Shown here: piece by piece, positions 48,318 through 58,692 of the stretch | Numbering within the stretch: the stretch's first letter is position 1 | Layout of the letters: every line of letters begins with the position of its first letter | Source of the DNA: Nitrospirota bacterium | Lineage (GTDB): Bacteria; Nitrospirota; UBA9217 | Assembly: GCA_023229435.1 (NCBI GenBank) | Contig: JALNZF010000013.1 | Location: forward strand, 10,433-74,432 | DNA length: 64,000 nucleotides | Direction: 5' to 3' | Translations under genes and position numbers: made by a program | Notes under the pieces: generated by a model | Seen by the model: the letters and a program-made list of their open reading frames with translations, nothing else | Database searches by the model: none | Told to the model about the DNA's origin: nothing

Positions 48318-49204
48318 GGCGCTCCCTCCTCAAGACGGTCAAGTTTCTTTATTGCCGTCGTGAAGTCAGCCTCGGAAATAGTTGCCGGTGAATGGATCGC
48401 CTTGTTGCGCAAATACATCAGCTCGTAGAACAGGGCTATCTGCGCGTGACTGATGCGGCGTCCCTGTTCCATGTCCTTCAATCCGTCCGACAGGGTCGGA
48501 ACTTTCCTGCCGATCACGGCGGCGGTGAACGACCGCAGCCGGTTTTCAAGATGATAACCCATCAGAAGTGACGCGACGACCTTCTCTCCGCGCCGGTAAT
48601 ATGCCAATGCCTGATCCACCGAGACTCCGCCTTTGACAATGCTGATGTTCTCCGAGGACTCTGTTTCACCGGGGGCCAAACGCTGTATCTTTTGATAGAC
48701 CTCCAGGCATTTATCAAGCATGTTCTTTTCGAGATACGATTCGGCAAGGAGGAACAGATCACGGATATTGTCCGCAACGTCCCGCTGTTTGACGGCAAAG
48801 GCATAGGCGCTTTGAATGGCCCCGGCCTTGTCGTCCTTCTTGTCGAGCACATCGAAATGCCTGGCCCACCTCTTGCCCTTCAGCACATTGTCCTTCGTAA
48901 AGCGGAAGAGGCGCTCAGAAACCTCGCGTTTGTCGAGCTTGCCGCTGATGACGATGATGTTCAGCGTCGGATGGGTCTCGAAGAGCTCCGGCAGGATATC
49001 GATGCCCTCGTCCATCTTGTCGAACTCGATGTCGAGCGTCATGAGGTCGATGACCTGCGTCGTCAGGACCTGGAGTGCCTCCCTGACGCCGCTCGCCTCA
49101 TGAAACCGGAGATCCGGGTCCTCGTTCTTGAGCGCCCGCTGAATTTCGAGCTTCAGCAGCTCCCGGTCCTCGAAGTCATCGTCGGCGATCAGCACTTTAA
49201 ACAT
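48314..49204 (-). CDS. Response regulator (REC domain) with non-DNA-binding C-terminal helical domain
   Basis: The REC domain reads KVLIADDDFEDRELL...D...K. The start is taken at MFKVLIADDD. Confidence 0.7.
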   Translation of the reverse strand: MFKVLIADDDFEDRELLKLEIQRALKNEDPDLRFHEASGVREALQVLTTQVIDLMTLDIEFDKMDEGIDILPELFETHPTLNIIVISGKLDKREVSERLFRFTKDNVLKGKRWARHFDVLDKKDDKAGAIQSAYAFAVKQRDVADNIRDLFLLAESYLEKNMLDKCLEVYQKIQRLAPGETESSENISIVKGGVSVDQALAYYRRGEKVVASLLMGYHLENRLRSFTAAVIGRKVPTLSDGLKDMEQGRRISHAQIALFYELMYLRNKAIHSPATISEADFTTAIKKLDRLEEGAP

Positions 49205-50231
49205 CGGGCGTCTCCTCGACAAAGGGGAAATTGATTATGATATCCGTTCCGACTCCCGGAGCCGTATATTCCTTGCCGATCCTGATCTTCCCGGCATGGA
49301 GACCGACGACGTATTTGGCAAAATAGAGCCCCTGTCCCCAGCTCTCGCCGACGCCCCGCCCCCGGTAAAAGCAGAGATCAGCCTGCTGCTCATCCATGCC
49401 GATGCCCTCGTCCCGGAGGGATAACGTCAGGTACCGTCTGCTGCCGTCCCGGTCCATGGCGCAGGACACCTGAATGCTCGCACGGGGCTGGTCGGGTTTT
49501 TTATACTTGACGGCATTGTCGATCACATTTTCGAACACGGTCTTCAGCAGGGGCGGGGCCGCATAGATCATCGGAATGGCCATCGTCTCATGGATCGTGA
49601 TCTCGGCGAGGTCGCTGTATTGAACTGCCAGGTCGCGCAGCATGGCCTTGAGATCGATATTCTTAAAATCGACCAAACTCGCCTCGCGCTCATCGGAGAT
49701 CTTCTTGAAAATGTCGATATCAGCGAACAGCTTGTCCAGATTGTCATCGATCCGTTCTGTTGCCTCCCGGGGCAGTCCCGGAAGCAGGTCGATCCGTCGC
49801 TTGATCCGTCCGAGGTTGTTCTTGAACTCATGTCCGATCGTTGCCGAGATATAGCGAATAAATTCGTTGCGCCGGGCAATTTCCTGATTTTTCAGAACGA
49901 GCATCATGTTCTCGCGCGCCCTTCGCTGTTTTTGCTGGTAGACAACGGAGAGGTACATGATGAAAGCGGCAAAAGAAACGATCATGACCACAAGGGCGTA
50001 ATGAGCGACACCGTTGGATGCGTCAAGCTGCCCCTGCATGATGGAGAGACGTTGGTCGATGCCCGCGTCAGGAGGGATCAGGCCCTTCCACGGCATCAGC
50101 CGCAGCTCAAGACCTTCAAAGGGGGGGAAGAAACGGTTCGAGTAGACCATGCCCAGAACGAGCCAGATAAAAATCATAAGGACGGTCAGCGCCAGGGTCT
50201 GTATTCGGTGACGATTGCCGGAATCGATCAT
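49197..50231 (-). CDS. Sensor histidine kinase
   Basis: The H-box reads ISATIGHEFKNNL. HATPase_c motifs (NAVKY, DEGIGM, GxGLGL-like) and N-terminal TM segments are present. Confidence 0.75.
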   Translation of the reverse strand: MIDSGNRHRIQTLALTVLMIFIWLVLGMVYSNRFFPPFEGLELRLMPWKGLIPPDAGIDQRLSIMQGQLDASNGVAHYALVVMIVSFAAFIMYLSVVYQQKQRRARENMMLVLKNQEIARRNEFIRYISATIGHEFKNNLGRIKRRIDLLPGLPREATERIDDNLDKLFADIDIFKKISDEREASLVDFKNIDLKAMLRDLAVQYSDLAEITIHETMAIPMIYAAPPLLKTVFENVIDNAVKYKKPDQPRASIQVSCAMDRDGSRRYLTLSLRDEGIGMDEQQADLCFYRGRGVGESWGQGLYFAKYVVGLHAGKIRIGKEYTAPGVGTDIIINFPFVEETPDV

Positions 50232-50344
50232 AGAGGATAATTTATTACAAAATGCCGGTTATTACAACAAGAAAACGGGGATACCCTGACGCACCGGGGA
50301 GAACATAGCATGAATCGGATACAAATATTTTTTGTAACTGCTTA

Positions 50345-50477
50345 GCAGGCTGCTGAAAAAGTCGTTAGAGTGGTTCGACAAGCTCACCACGAACGGTTAA
50401 AGAATAACAATTTCAATGCCCGTTCCGTTCGCCCTGAGCTTGTCGAAGGGTAAACGGAACGTTTTTCAGCAGCCTGT
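50345..50477. repeat. MITE-like palindromic element X, copy 2 (TIR caggctgctgaaaaagtcg / cgtttttcagcagcctg with nested inner palindromes)
   Basis: Seen in the sequence. Confidence 0.65.
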
Positions 50478-50623
50478 TAGAACCTTAAAACCTGTCAGGA
50501 GAAAGGGGGGAGAAACTTGGGGAAAGGGAAAAAAGGGAGTTCTTTTATTTAAGTCGTTCATCCCCCCCCTTCGCCTCTTAATTCCCCATTTCTCCTGACA
50601 CATTCTGTCATCCTGTCAAAGGG

Positions 50624-52150
50624 TCACGGTCTTGCGAAGAACGCGGCATGGTTGGAGGTAAATATCGGGGGGTCGTTTTTCAGGATCGCCGAGACAGCGG
50701 AGTGCTTTTTAAATTCATTGTCAAGGAAATGCCGCACCGCTCTTCGGTCCCATCCGTGAAGATGCTTGAAAGCCGTATAGAGCGACAGGTCCCCCTCATA
50801 GAAGTGTTCGGTCACATGCTCCCGTGCCTCATGCCCGCAGAGCGGCATGTTAAAGATCGCAAGATTCAGGAATGTGATCGCCTCGCGGTGAGCGGCAACG
50901 AATTCGAGCGTCTTTCGCGCCTCCCTGATCGTCTCGGCCGGAGTGCCGAAGAGAAGATAGACATAAGCGGCGATCCCGGCCGCATGAAGATTTTTCAATA
51001 CCAGCGACGCTGTCGCGAGATCGATCCCCTTCCGCAACCTATCGAGAACCCCCTGGTCGCCTGATTCCAGACCGAGCTTCAGCATCCTGCATCCCGATCG
51101 TTTCAGCTGCATGCAATAATCACGGTCCGTCAGCTCGTTGCCGATCCTCGCGAAACCATACCACGGGACTCCGGGGGGCTCGTTCGCAAGCGCACGCATG
51201 AGAGCGGGACTGATCGCATTGTCCAGCAGATGGACCAGTATTGGATCCGTTTTCGCGATCAGCGTTTTGAGATCACTCATCGCCAGTTCCGTGGGGACCG
51301 GGACATAGGGAGTTTCCTCCGCTGTTTCCGGACAGAAGGAGCATTTGTTCCAATAGCATCCGCTCGACGCGCTGTAGGGCAGAATGAATCCCGGGGACAG
51401 ATACTCTTCATGAGGCAGGGAGCCATAGTCCGGCGTGACATGCGGATGACCGTTCTCTTTGACGCCGAGCAGTTCGAGCAGCGGCCCCTCTCCCGGGCCG
51501 GCGATACAATGATCGACCAAGCCGCCAAACGGGTCCTTCCACGCCGGACCTTTCATCCAGGAGGTCACCAGGCCGCCGCCGAGAACGATCTTGAGACCGG
51601 GGAACTCGCGCCTGATGAAGCCGATCATGGCGAAGGTACTGAGCGCCTGGCTTAGATAGTTCAATGAAAAACCGATTAGCGGTGGACCGGTTTCTGTAAT
51701 GATCTCCAGCAATCGGACTTTGAAATAAGGATAGAACGGATTCTGTTCCGGATGCTGGGCGGCATTGATCAGGTCATTGCTCCGCACGGGAGAAAGCTGC
51801 TGATGGTGATAATCCGCCAGGCCGAGGATCGCGTGAAACTCCCTCGCAGAGGCCTCGAGCACGCGGTTCACGTCTTTTACGGCCCTGCTGTAGTGGTCCG
51901 GAGAACGATAGGTCCGCGGGTCGCGGAGCGACGCGAGATTGGATGAACTATTTTTAACCGCCCGCCGGGTCCAGGTATCTGAGGCGGTCTGCGGCTTCCG
52001 CATGAGGGAGAGAAGGCCCTCGAGATTCGCGTCCAGGACCGAGCAGGATATTCCCTGCGCGTTAAGCGCGCCCGCGAGTTTCGCTATGCCCGCAGGAGGT
52101 TCACAGGGTTTTGCCGCCGGAGGAAAGATAAGGAGCATGGGGTACCCCAA
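50624..52150 (-). CDS. B12-binding-domain radical SAM protein
   Basis: An N-terminal B12-binding-like domain is followed by a Cys triad SGCYWNKCSFC. The spacing reads as CX4CX2C. Confidence 0.7.
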   Translation of the reverse strand: MGYPMLLIFPPAAKPCEPPAGIAKLAGALNAQGISCSVLDANLEGLLSLMRKPQTASDTWTRRAVKNSSSNLASLRDPRTYRSPDHYSRAVKDVNRVLEASAREFHAILGLADYHHQQLSPVRSNDLINAAQHPEQNPFYPYFKVRLLEIITETGPPLIGFSLNYLSQALSTFAMIGFIRREFPGLKIVLGGGLVTSWMKGPAWKDPFGGLVDHCIAGPGEGPLLELLGVKENGHPHVTPDYGSLPHEEYLSPGFILPYSASSGCYWNKCSFCPETAEETPYVPVPTELAMSDLKTLIAKTDPILVHLLDNAISPALMRALANEPPGVPWYGFARIGNELTDRDYCMQLKRSGCRMLKLGLESGDQGVLDRLRKGIDLATASLVLKNLHAAGIAAYVYLLFGTPAETIREARKTLEFVAAHREAITFLNLAIFNMPLCGHEAREHVTEHFYEGDLSLYTAFKHLHGWDRRAVRHFLDNEFKKHSAVSAILKNDPPIFTSNHAAFFARP

Positions 52151-52186
52151 TCAGTCGGATCTGTCTGATCCGACGGATCCGACGGA

Positions 52187-53491
52187 TTACTTCCTCTTCG
52201 ACTCGATCAATGCCTGAACAGGCTTGAGGCTGTAGGGACTTCCATGCTCTATTGCCGTGAGCACTGTGCCGCCGCCGGTGAAGAAGTAGTAGCTCGCGTT
52301 GTCCATCACCGAAAGATAGAGGCCCGGCAGGAGGTTCTTGAATTCCTGAAGGGTGTCTCCGCCTCCGTACATTTTCATGGCATCGCGGTTAAGGTCTATG
52401 GTGTTGTCGAGCGCCTGGGAACCGGAGGAAAAGTGCGGAGTGTACCCCATGACGGCATTCACGAAGATCGTCTTCGCCGTGCCGATGGCGTCGGCAACGG
52501 TCTTTTCCTCGAATGACCGGGGGTCGATGTCAAGGATGTACCCGTACGAATCGCCGGCCTTGAAATCATGCAGCGAGATGGTCCGGTACCTGCCTTCGAT
52601 CCTTCCGTCCATGGTGTCCGATTCCACGACAAAGGGAAGCTCGACGATCTTTTTCTGGAGACGGTCCTTTGCAACCAGTTCCTGCGCGAGCGCGCAGTCC
52701 TCATCCGAAACGCCCTTAATCCGCACCCGGTACTTTGCGCAGAGATAGGTATTGTAAATGACGCCGCCGAGCACGAGACGGTCCACCTTTTCATACAGGG
52801 CGGTGAGCGGCTTGATCTTGGTGTCGTATTTCGATCCCGCGACCACGGCGAGGAAGGGCCGCTCGGGACTCATGACCCCCTCAAGGTGCGTGATCTCCTG
52901 CTGAAGGAGGAAGCCGGCATAGGACGGCAGGTGCCGGGTGATGTCGAACGTGGAGGCATGGGGCTGCCACGAACCGAACGCGTCGTTCACGTAGATATCG
53001 GCCAGGCCGGCAAGCTGGAGCGCGAAACGCTCCCGGAGCTCTCCCTCGGCCTCTTCCCCGAGGAACCACCGCGAGTTCGGAAGATAGATCCCCCCGATCT
53101 TCCGCTCTTTCAGCTCCCTGACGGCAAGGTTGATGGACGTGTCGATCCCCGTAATGCCTTGCACCGGGTCCGGGGGGAATTTCGGGACATACAATTTTGT
53201 ATGGAGCTTCTGTTCAAGATACCGTACGATGGGCTCGACGGACTCCTCGGGTCTGCAGGTTATCGTTCCCGTCTTTTTGTCTTTCGGCCTGCCCACATGG
53301 GTCATCATGATGGGCCTGCCGCCGCGCTCGACAATGTGAAAGAGGGTCCCGATGGTACGGTCGATCCGATAGGGGTCGCGTATCTCTCCCCCCTTTACGA
53401 CATTGTGATCGAACCGGACAAGGACGACCTTCCCGTCGAGATCGGCATCCTGGATCAACGGCAATTCAGCGTGTAATGGTCTGCTCAGCAT
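52187..53491 (-). CDS. pgk: Phosphoglycerate kinase (divergent, long form)
   Basis: The motifs VLVRFDHNV, HVGRPK, NDAFGSWQPHAST and YFFTGGGTVL match PGK. Confidence 0.65.
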   Translation of the reverse strand: MLSRPLHAELPLIQDADLDGKVVLVRFDHNVVKGGEIRDPYRIDRTIGTLFHIVERGGRPIMMTHVGRPKDKKTGTITCRPEESVEPIVRYLEQKLHTKLYVPKFPPDPVQGITGIDTSINLAVRELKERKIGGIYLPNSRWFLGEEAEGELRERFALQLAGLADIYVNDAFGSWQPHASTFDITRHLPSYAGFLLQQEITHLEGVMSPERPFLAVVAGSKYDTKIKPLTALYEKVDRLVLGGVIYNTYLCAKYRVRIKGVSDEDCALAQELVAKDRLQKKIVELPFVVESDTMDGRIEGRYRTISLHDFKAGDSYGYILDIDPRSFEEKTVADAIGTAKTIFVNAVMGYTPHFSSGSQALDNTIDLNRDAMKMYGGGDTLQEFKNLLPGLYLSVMDNASYYFFTGGGTVLTAIEHGSPYSLKPVQALIESKRK

Positions 53492-53713
53492 GGTGGACCG
53501 CCTTTATCACATTCGGGAATAAACGACAACCGTATTATAGCATATTGTGTAAAACGTTTGACGAATGAAACAACTTCAAATACGGTCTCACACGAAGACA
53601 CGGAGACACGAAGAAAGAAAAAGGCAATGCATGTTTTCTTTGTGGCTTTGTGGCTTCGTGTGAAAATAAATCCCTTTTGGTTCGGGATTAACAGGGTCAC
53701 GGCGGGCATTGCA

Positions 53714-55276
53714 TCAATGCGCCGGCGGTGGTCCGCCTGTTGTCGGCGCTTTTGACCATTTCATGATGAACACCAGGGGAATGATGCTGACGATCAGGAT
53801 GCAGATCACGAGAAACGCGTCCGTGAAGGCGAGGGTCGTTGACTGCCTGATCAGCTCCCGGTACATCAGGCCGTCGGCGCCGGCAGGCGGCAGTCCGTGT
53901 TGGCCCAGGAACCCGGTCATCTTGTCATGCGCAATGGCGTAGCCCGGATCAAAAGGCGATAGATGTTCCACCAGGCGCGTCTGGTGGAGCTGCGCCCTGC
54001 GCGAGAGAATGGTCGTGGTCATCGCGATGCCCACGCTTCCTCCCAGATTCCGCAGAAGGTTGTACATCGATGTCGCCTCGGTCATCCTCTCTTTCGGAAT
54101 ATGCGAGAGCGTCAGGGTGGTGAGCGGGATGAAGGTCATGCCCATGCCGAATCCCAGCGCCACGCGGGGCCAGACAAAGGTCCAGAAGTCCGTCGTGAGG
54201 TTGAACCGCGACATCATGTAGGTGCTGAGCGCGCAGACGGACAGGCCGAAGACGAGAAAGCGCTTCGGGTTCACCTTCCCGACGAACTTTCCGACGATGG
54301 GCATGGCGAACAGGGTGGCGATGCCTCCCGGGCCGAGCACGAGCCCGGCGTAGAACGACGTATAGCCCATCATCATCTGGAGGTAGATCGGCAGCAGCAC
54401 GATGCTGCCGAAGAGGTTCAGGAACACGAAGAACATCACCGTGGCGCCGCTCGTAAACGTCCGGTCCTTGAACAATTTCAGGTTCACGATCGGACGTTCG
54501 GAGTAGTATTCGTTGATAATGAGAAGGGTGAGCGAGACCACCGCGATCACGCCGAAAGTGATGATCAGGTTGGACGCGAACCAGTCCACGCTCTCGCCCT
54601 TATCGAGAACGAACTGGAGCGATCCGAGCCCGACGGCAAGGAACAGGAGCCCCCAGTAGTCGATCTTCATTTTCTGGCGCTGCATGTACGGCGGGTCCTT
54701 GATCACGATGACGTTCATGATGATCGAAAGAATGCCGATGGGGATGTTGATATAGAAGATCCACCGCCAGGACAGGGTATCGGTGATCCATCCGCCGAGG
54801 AGCGGACCGACGATCGGGCCCACCATGGCTCCGAGACCGAAAATGGCCATGGCCTGGCCGTGCTTTTCCCGGGGAAAGGATTCGAGGAGGATGGACTGGC
54901 TGATCGGGACGAGACCGCCTCCGCCGAGGCCCTGAAGCACGCGGAAGAAGATAAGACTGCTGAGGCTCCAGGCAGAGCCGCACATGAAGGAACTGAAGGT
55001 AAACAGGGCGATGGACGCGATCTGGTAGTTCTTCCTGCCGATGAGCTTGGCAAGCCAGCCCGCCATGGGGATCACGATGGCGTTGGAAACGAGGTAGGCG
55101 GTGATGGCCCACGTTGCCTCGTCGTAGCCGGCGGAGAGCGATCCCCTGATATGATCGAGCGACACGTTGACGATCGAGGTGTCGATGATCTCGATCAGCG
55201 TGGGAAGCATCACCGTGAACGCGATCAGTCCGCGGCTCGATGTCTTGTGCTGCAGGGTCATTGTAGTTTGACTCAT
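53714..55276 (-). CDS. emrB: MFS transporter, DHA2 (EmrB/QacA) family, 14 TMS
   Basis: The topology is 14 TMS. The motif reads LGPIVGPLLGGWITD. Confidence 0.85.
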   Translation of the reverse strand: MSQTTMTLQHKTSSRGLIAFTVMLPTLIEIIDTSIVNVSLDHIRGSLSAGYDEATWAITAYLVSNAIVIPMAGWLAKLIGRKNYQIASIALFTFSSFMCGSAWSLSSLIFFRVLQGLGGGGLVPISQSILLESFPREKHGQAMAIFGLGAMVGPIVGPLLGGWITDTLSWRWIFYINIPIGILSIIMNVIVIKDPPYMQRQKMKIDYWGLLFLAVGLGSLQFVLDKGESVDWFASNLIITFGVIAVVSLTLLIINEYYSERPIVNLKLFKDRTFTSGATVMFFVFLNLFGSIVLLPIYLQMMMGYTSFYAGLVLGPGGIATLFAMPIVGKFVGKVNPKRFLVFGLSVCALSTYMMSRFNLTTDFWTFVWPRVALGFGMGMTFIPLTTLTLSHIPKERMTEATSMYNLLRNLGGSVGIAMTTTILSRRAQLHQTRLVEHLSPFDPGYAIAHDKMTGFLGQHGLPPAGADGLMYRELIRQSTTLAFTDAFLVICILIVSIIPLVFIMKWSKAPTTGGPPPAH

Positions 55277-55373
55277 TCTGATGCCTGCATTTGATGAAAG
55301 TTGATAGGAAGGAGAATGGATGATCGTTAACTTCGTTCACGATGAGGATGATAGGCTATCCTTATCTTTTTTA

Positions 55374-55436
55374 CGTCCCTCGTCCCTCGTCCGTCGTCCT
55401 ACGTCTCTCGTCCCACGTCCCTCGTCCCTCGTCTCT
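55374..55436. repeat. Tandem heptanucleotide array, 9 units of CGTCCCT (minus strand GGGACGA)
   Basis: Seen in the sequence. It lies in the emrA-emrB intergenic spacer, immediately after the emrA stop. Confidence 0.85.
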
Positions 55437-56354
55437 TTATTTCGCAAGAACCGTCGGCTCCACGGACATTCCGATCCTGAGGACATGGTCCTTGTCCGCG
55501 CCCGGATCAAGCACGATCTTGATCGGGATGCGCTGGACGACCTTCACGTAGTTGCCTGTGGCGTTCTCAGCCGGGAAGAGAGAAAAGGACACCCCGGTCC
55601 CGGCCATGATACTGTCCACTTTCCCCGTGAAGACCTTGTCGGGGTAGGCATCCACCTTGAGCCTCACCTCCTGGCCGGGCCGGATGCGCCCAAGCTCGGT
55701 TTCCTTGTAGTTTGCTACAACTGTGAGGTTTTCTAGAGAAACTATGGCCATAAGTAGCTGCCCTGCTTGAATATGATTACCTGTCAGGATCGCTATCTTA
55801 GTAGCATACCCGTCCGCCGGGGCTCTCAGCACCGTATAACTAAGGTTTAATTCAGCCTGACGGAGCTGCTCTTCGGCAAGTTTCACCTGGGACACAGCTA
55901 TCTCTTGGGTCGAAACAGCTTTATCATATCGGTCGGCTGAGTTCGTCTTGCTTTCAAACAGAGCCTTGGCTCGTTTTAGCTCCCGCTCCGCTTGACGAAG
56001 AATGGCGCGCTGAAGCTCCAGGTTCGCCCGTGCCGCTTCACTTCGAGACCTATAATCCTGCGGGTCGAGATCAACGAGCAGGTCGTCCTTTTTTACCTGT
56101 TGGTTGGAGTTCACGTAAAGTGATTTGACGGTCCCGCTGATCCGCGCCGAGATGGTGTGGATGTTGCCGTCGATAAAGGCGTCGTCGGTCGAAACATGCG
56201 TCTTGCGATAGCCGCTGTACAGATACCCTGCGATCAGTCCGATGACCACGATCACTCCGACGATCATAAAGGCTTTTTTCTTTTTCTGTCCGTTGCCTGC
56301 CAGTTCTTCTGCCATGAAATCTCCTTGATGAAAACCGCATAGAGCATGGCGCAT
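55437..56354 (-). CDS. emrA: HlyD-family membrane fusion protein (EmrA-like)
   Basis: It has a single TM segment, a coiled-coil and a beta-barrel domain. The start is uncertain (GTG 56393, ATG 56354 or ATG 56315). Confidence 0.8.
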   Translation of the reverse strand: MRHALCGFHQGDFMAEELAGNGQKKKKAFMIVGVIVVIGLIAGYLYSGYRKTHVSTDDAFIDGNIHTISARISGTVKSLYVNSNQQVKKDDLLVDLDPQDYRSRSEAARANLELQRAILRQAERELKRAKALFESKTNSADRYDKAVSTQEIAVSQVKLAEEQLRQAELNLSYTVLRAPADGYATKIAILTGNHIQAGQLLMAIVSLENLTVVANYKETELGRIRPGQEVRLKVDAYPDKVFTGKVDSIMAGTGVSFSLFPAENATGNYVKVVQRIPIKIVLDPGADKDHVLRIGMSVEPTVLAK

Positions 56355-56452
56355 GGAGCATAGGGTATGGAGCGGAGAGCTACAATGCTTCACCCTCTGC
56401 GTTATGCTCTTTGCCCTATGCGCTCTGCGCTATGCCCTTTGCGCTTTGCGCC

Positions 56453-57742
56453 TCACTTTCCGTACACGACCACCAGGTCCCTGCCTGCCGCATTCAGGAG
56501 AACGGCCTCGGCCCGCTTGAATCCGTACAGCGACTTCCAGGAATTCGATTCCGCGGTTGTCAACAGCGTCACGGCATCGAGCACCTCGGTTGCCGTGCCC
56601 ACGCCTTCCTTGTACCGGAGACGCTGGAGCCTCAGGTTCTCCTCGGCCTGTTCGACCGCGGTCTTCGTGACCTCCATTTTTTTCTCCGAGCTCTGGAGGT
56701 CGAGATAGGCGCCCTTTACCTCGAGCCGGATCGTGTCAAGCAGTTTGTCCCGGGAGAGCTTGAGCGACCGCAGCTCCGCCCGTGCCATCCCGATCTTCGA
56801 ACTGCTCGCCCCGCCGGAGAAAAGATTGATGTTCACTCCAACAATGGCGGACCAGTTGTCCTGGTGGACCAGGTATTTGTTCTCAAGATATTCATACCCG
56901 CCGGAAACATAGAACGTTGGAAAATATTCCGCCTGCGTGGACTGAATGCTCTGTTCCTTCGCCGCGATAGCTGCGTCCATTTCCTTCAGCACGGCACGTG
57001 AATCCCCGGCGCCGGCCCATGCCTCGTCGAGCGTAAGGCCTGCCGCCGGGCTCGCCTTGAGTTCCTCGGGTTGTACCGCGTCGTTCAGCGGTTTCAAGAG
57101 CAGGCTGTTGATCTTCGATTCCCTGAGAGAGCGGGAGTTCTCCGCGGTCAGGAGCCGCTGTTGAGAGTCGGCGAGCGTGACGTTCACCTGGAGTACTTCG
57201 TTCTTCGTGATGACGCCCGCGCGATACCGTGCTTCCGTGTCCTTTTTGTGCGCCTCATACCGCTTCACTTCTTCCGTTGCCACGGTGAGCAGTTTCTCCG
57301 ATTCCAGGAGATCCAGGTACGCGATGATGAAGTCCAGGGCCGCCTGGTTCTTCGACCGGCCGGTCATGATCTCACGGGCCTTTAATCCGTATTGTGCGGC
57401 ATCGATCGAGGAAGAGCTCTTGCCGAAATCATACAGCAGCTGCGTGGCCCGCACCCCGTAGGCCAGGAACTGGTCCTGCGATGTGGTGACCGTTTGAGGG
57501 CCGAATTTGGCCTCGGGAGTATATCTCAGCCATGTCTCGCGGCCGTAGAGGTCAACCCAGGGGCGCCAGGGGGAACGCGCAAGCGATACGGCCCCCCGTG
57601 CGACGTCCTCATCGGACCGGGCGATCTGAACATCCCGCCCCGTCTCGGTGATGATCTTCAAGCCCTCCTCAAGGGAAAGGGCATGGGCCGTGAGCGGCAA
57701 CAGGGAGAGGAAAAGGGCAAGGACAAGTTGTGATCGTTTCAT
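56453..57742 (-). CDS. TolC-family outer-membrane efflux protein
   Basis: It has a signal peptide (MKRSQLVLALFLSLLPLTAHA) and duplicated OEP repeats. Confidence 0.8.
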   Translation of the reverse strand: MKRSQLVLALFLSLLPLTAHALSLEEGLKIITETGRDVQIARSDEDVARGAVSLARSPWRPWVDLYGRETWLRYTPEAKFGPQTVTTSQDQFLAYGVRATQLLYDFGKSSSSIDAAQYGLKAREIMTGRSKNQAALDFIIAYLDLLESEKLLTVATEEVKRYEAHKKDTEARYRAGVITKNEVLQVNVTLADSQQRLLTAENSRSLRESKINSLLLKPLNDAVQPEELKASPAAGLTLDEAWAGAGDSRAVLKEMDAAIAAKEQSIQSTQAEYFPTFYVSGGYEYLENKYLVHQDNWSAIVGVNINLFSGGASSSKIGMARAELRSLKLSRDKLLDTIRLEVKGAYLDLQSSEKKMEVTKTAVEQAEENLRLQRLRYKEGVGTATEVLDAVTLLTTAESNSWKSLYGFKRAEAVLLNAAGRDLVVVYGK

Positions 57743-57961
57743 GACGATACCTCGGGAACGGCTTTTTCCGGAATGTAAGTAAGCGCTATAGTACACGAAA
57801 AAAAATAAAAAGTGAAGAGGTCTTTCGGATCTATGGGCCGTGGATGCATCAAGCCTCCTCCTTCCTCGGGAAAATCATTTCCATCGCCAATTCCTGCTTT
57901 TCATCCTTTTTGAACTGTGCTACACTTATGGTTGACGTGACGTGAGAAAGGCACGGTGAAC

Positions 57962-58411
57962 ATGCTCCTTATCCTGAACATACTCCAGACAACGCTGCTG
58001 CTCATAATCGCGGCAGGCGTCGCCTACCTGATCTACCGGTCGTCCCGCGGCGTCAGGGGTTCCCGGAAGTCCCTGCATTCAAGACGGAGGGAGATCTACG
58101 ATGATCTCATGCGGATCCTGGCCACGCTCGGGAAAACCGGCGAGCTCCGGAAAGAGGAGCTCCTGGACTTCCGGTTACGCACGCTGGACGCCGCCCTTGT
58201 TTTCGACACGGAGATCGCCGAGTACATCGACGAGATCTATGCCCGGGGCGTGACGCTCATGAACACCCATGAAGTCCTGAAGGGGGAGGATCTGCACATC
58301 GGCGAGAAACGCGACGATGTCACCGTAGAGAACGCGAAGCAAACCATCTGGCTTGCCGATCAGCTCGCGATGGTTGCTAAAAAATTCAACCAGTATCCGG
58401 AAGTGAAATAG
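57962..58411 (+). CDS. Hypothetical membrane-anchored protein
   Basis: The call rests on the ORF and an N-terminal TM segment. Confidence 0.4.
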   Translation: MLLILNILQTTLLLIIAAGVAYLIYRSSRGVRGSRKSLHSRRREIYDDLMRILATLGKTGELRKEELLDFRLRTLDAALVFDTEIAEYIDEIYARGVTLMNTHEVLKGEDLHIGEKRDDVTVENAKQTIWLADQLAMVAKKFNQYPEVK

Positions 58412-58486
58412 CGGGAACAGCTGCCTGAAGCGTTATGCGTCACGGCACTGTCGGCCCCCTCACCTGACCCGGACAAGCTTGAACCG

Positions 58487-58626
58487 AAAGTCGTCTCTCG
58501 CAGAGGACGCAGAGTTAATTCAAGACCCTTACTTATTTTTTTTAAACCGGAACATTTTTCGATTTTCTCTGCGAACTCTGCGTCTCCGCGAGAAAATTTC
58601 TTGCCGATTTAAGAAGAATTTGATCC
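58487..58626. repeat. CGCAGAG-family palindromic repeat element, copy 3 (lacks the 36-nt internal insert)
   Basis: It aligns end-to-end with copies 1 and 2. Confidence 0.75.
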
Positions 58627-58692
58627 ATTAGTTACTCACCTTTCCCGTCAATGAAGAGGAACCTATACGCTACAGAGAATTGCATGTTAACC

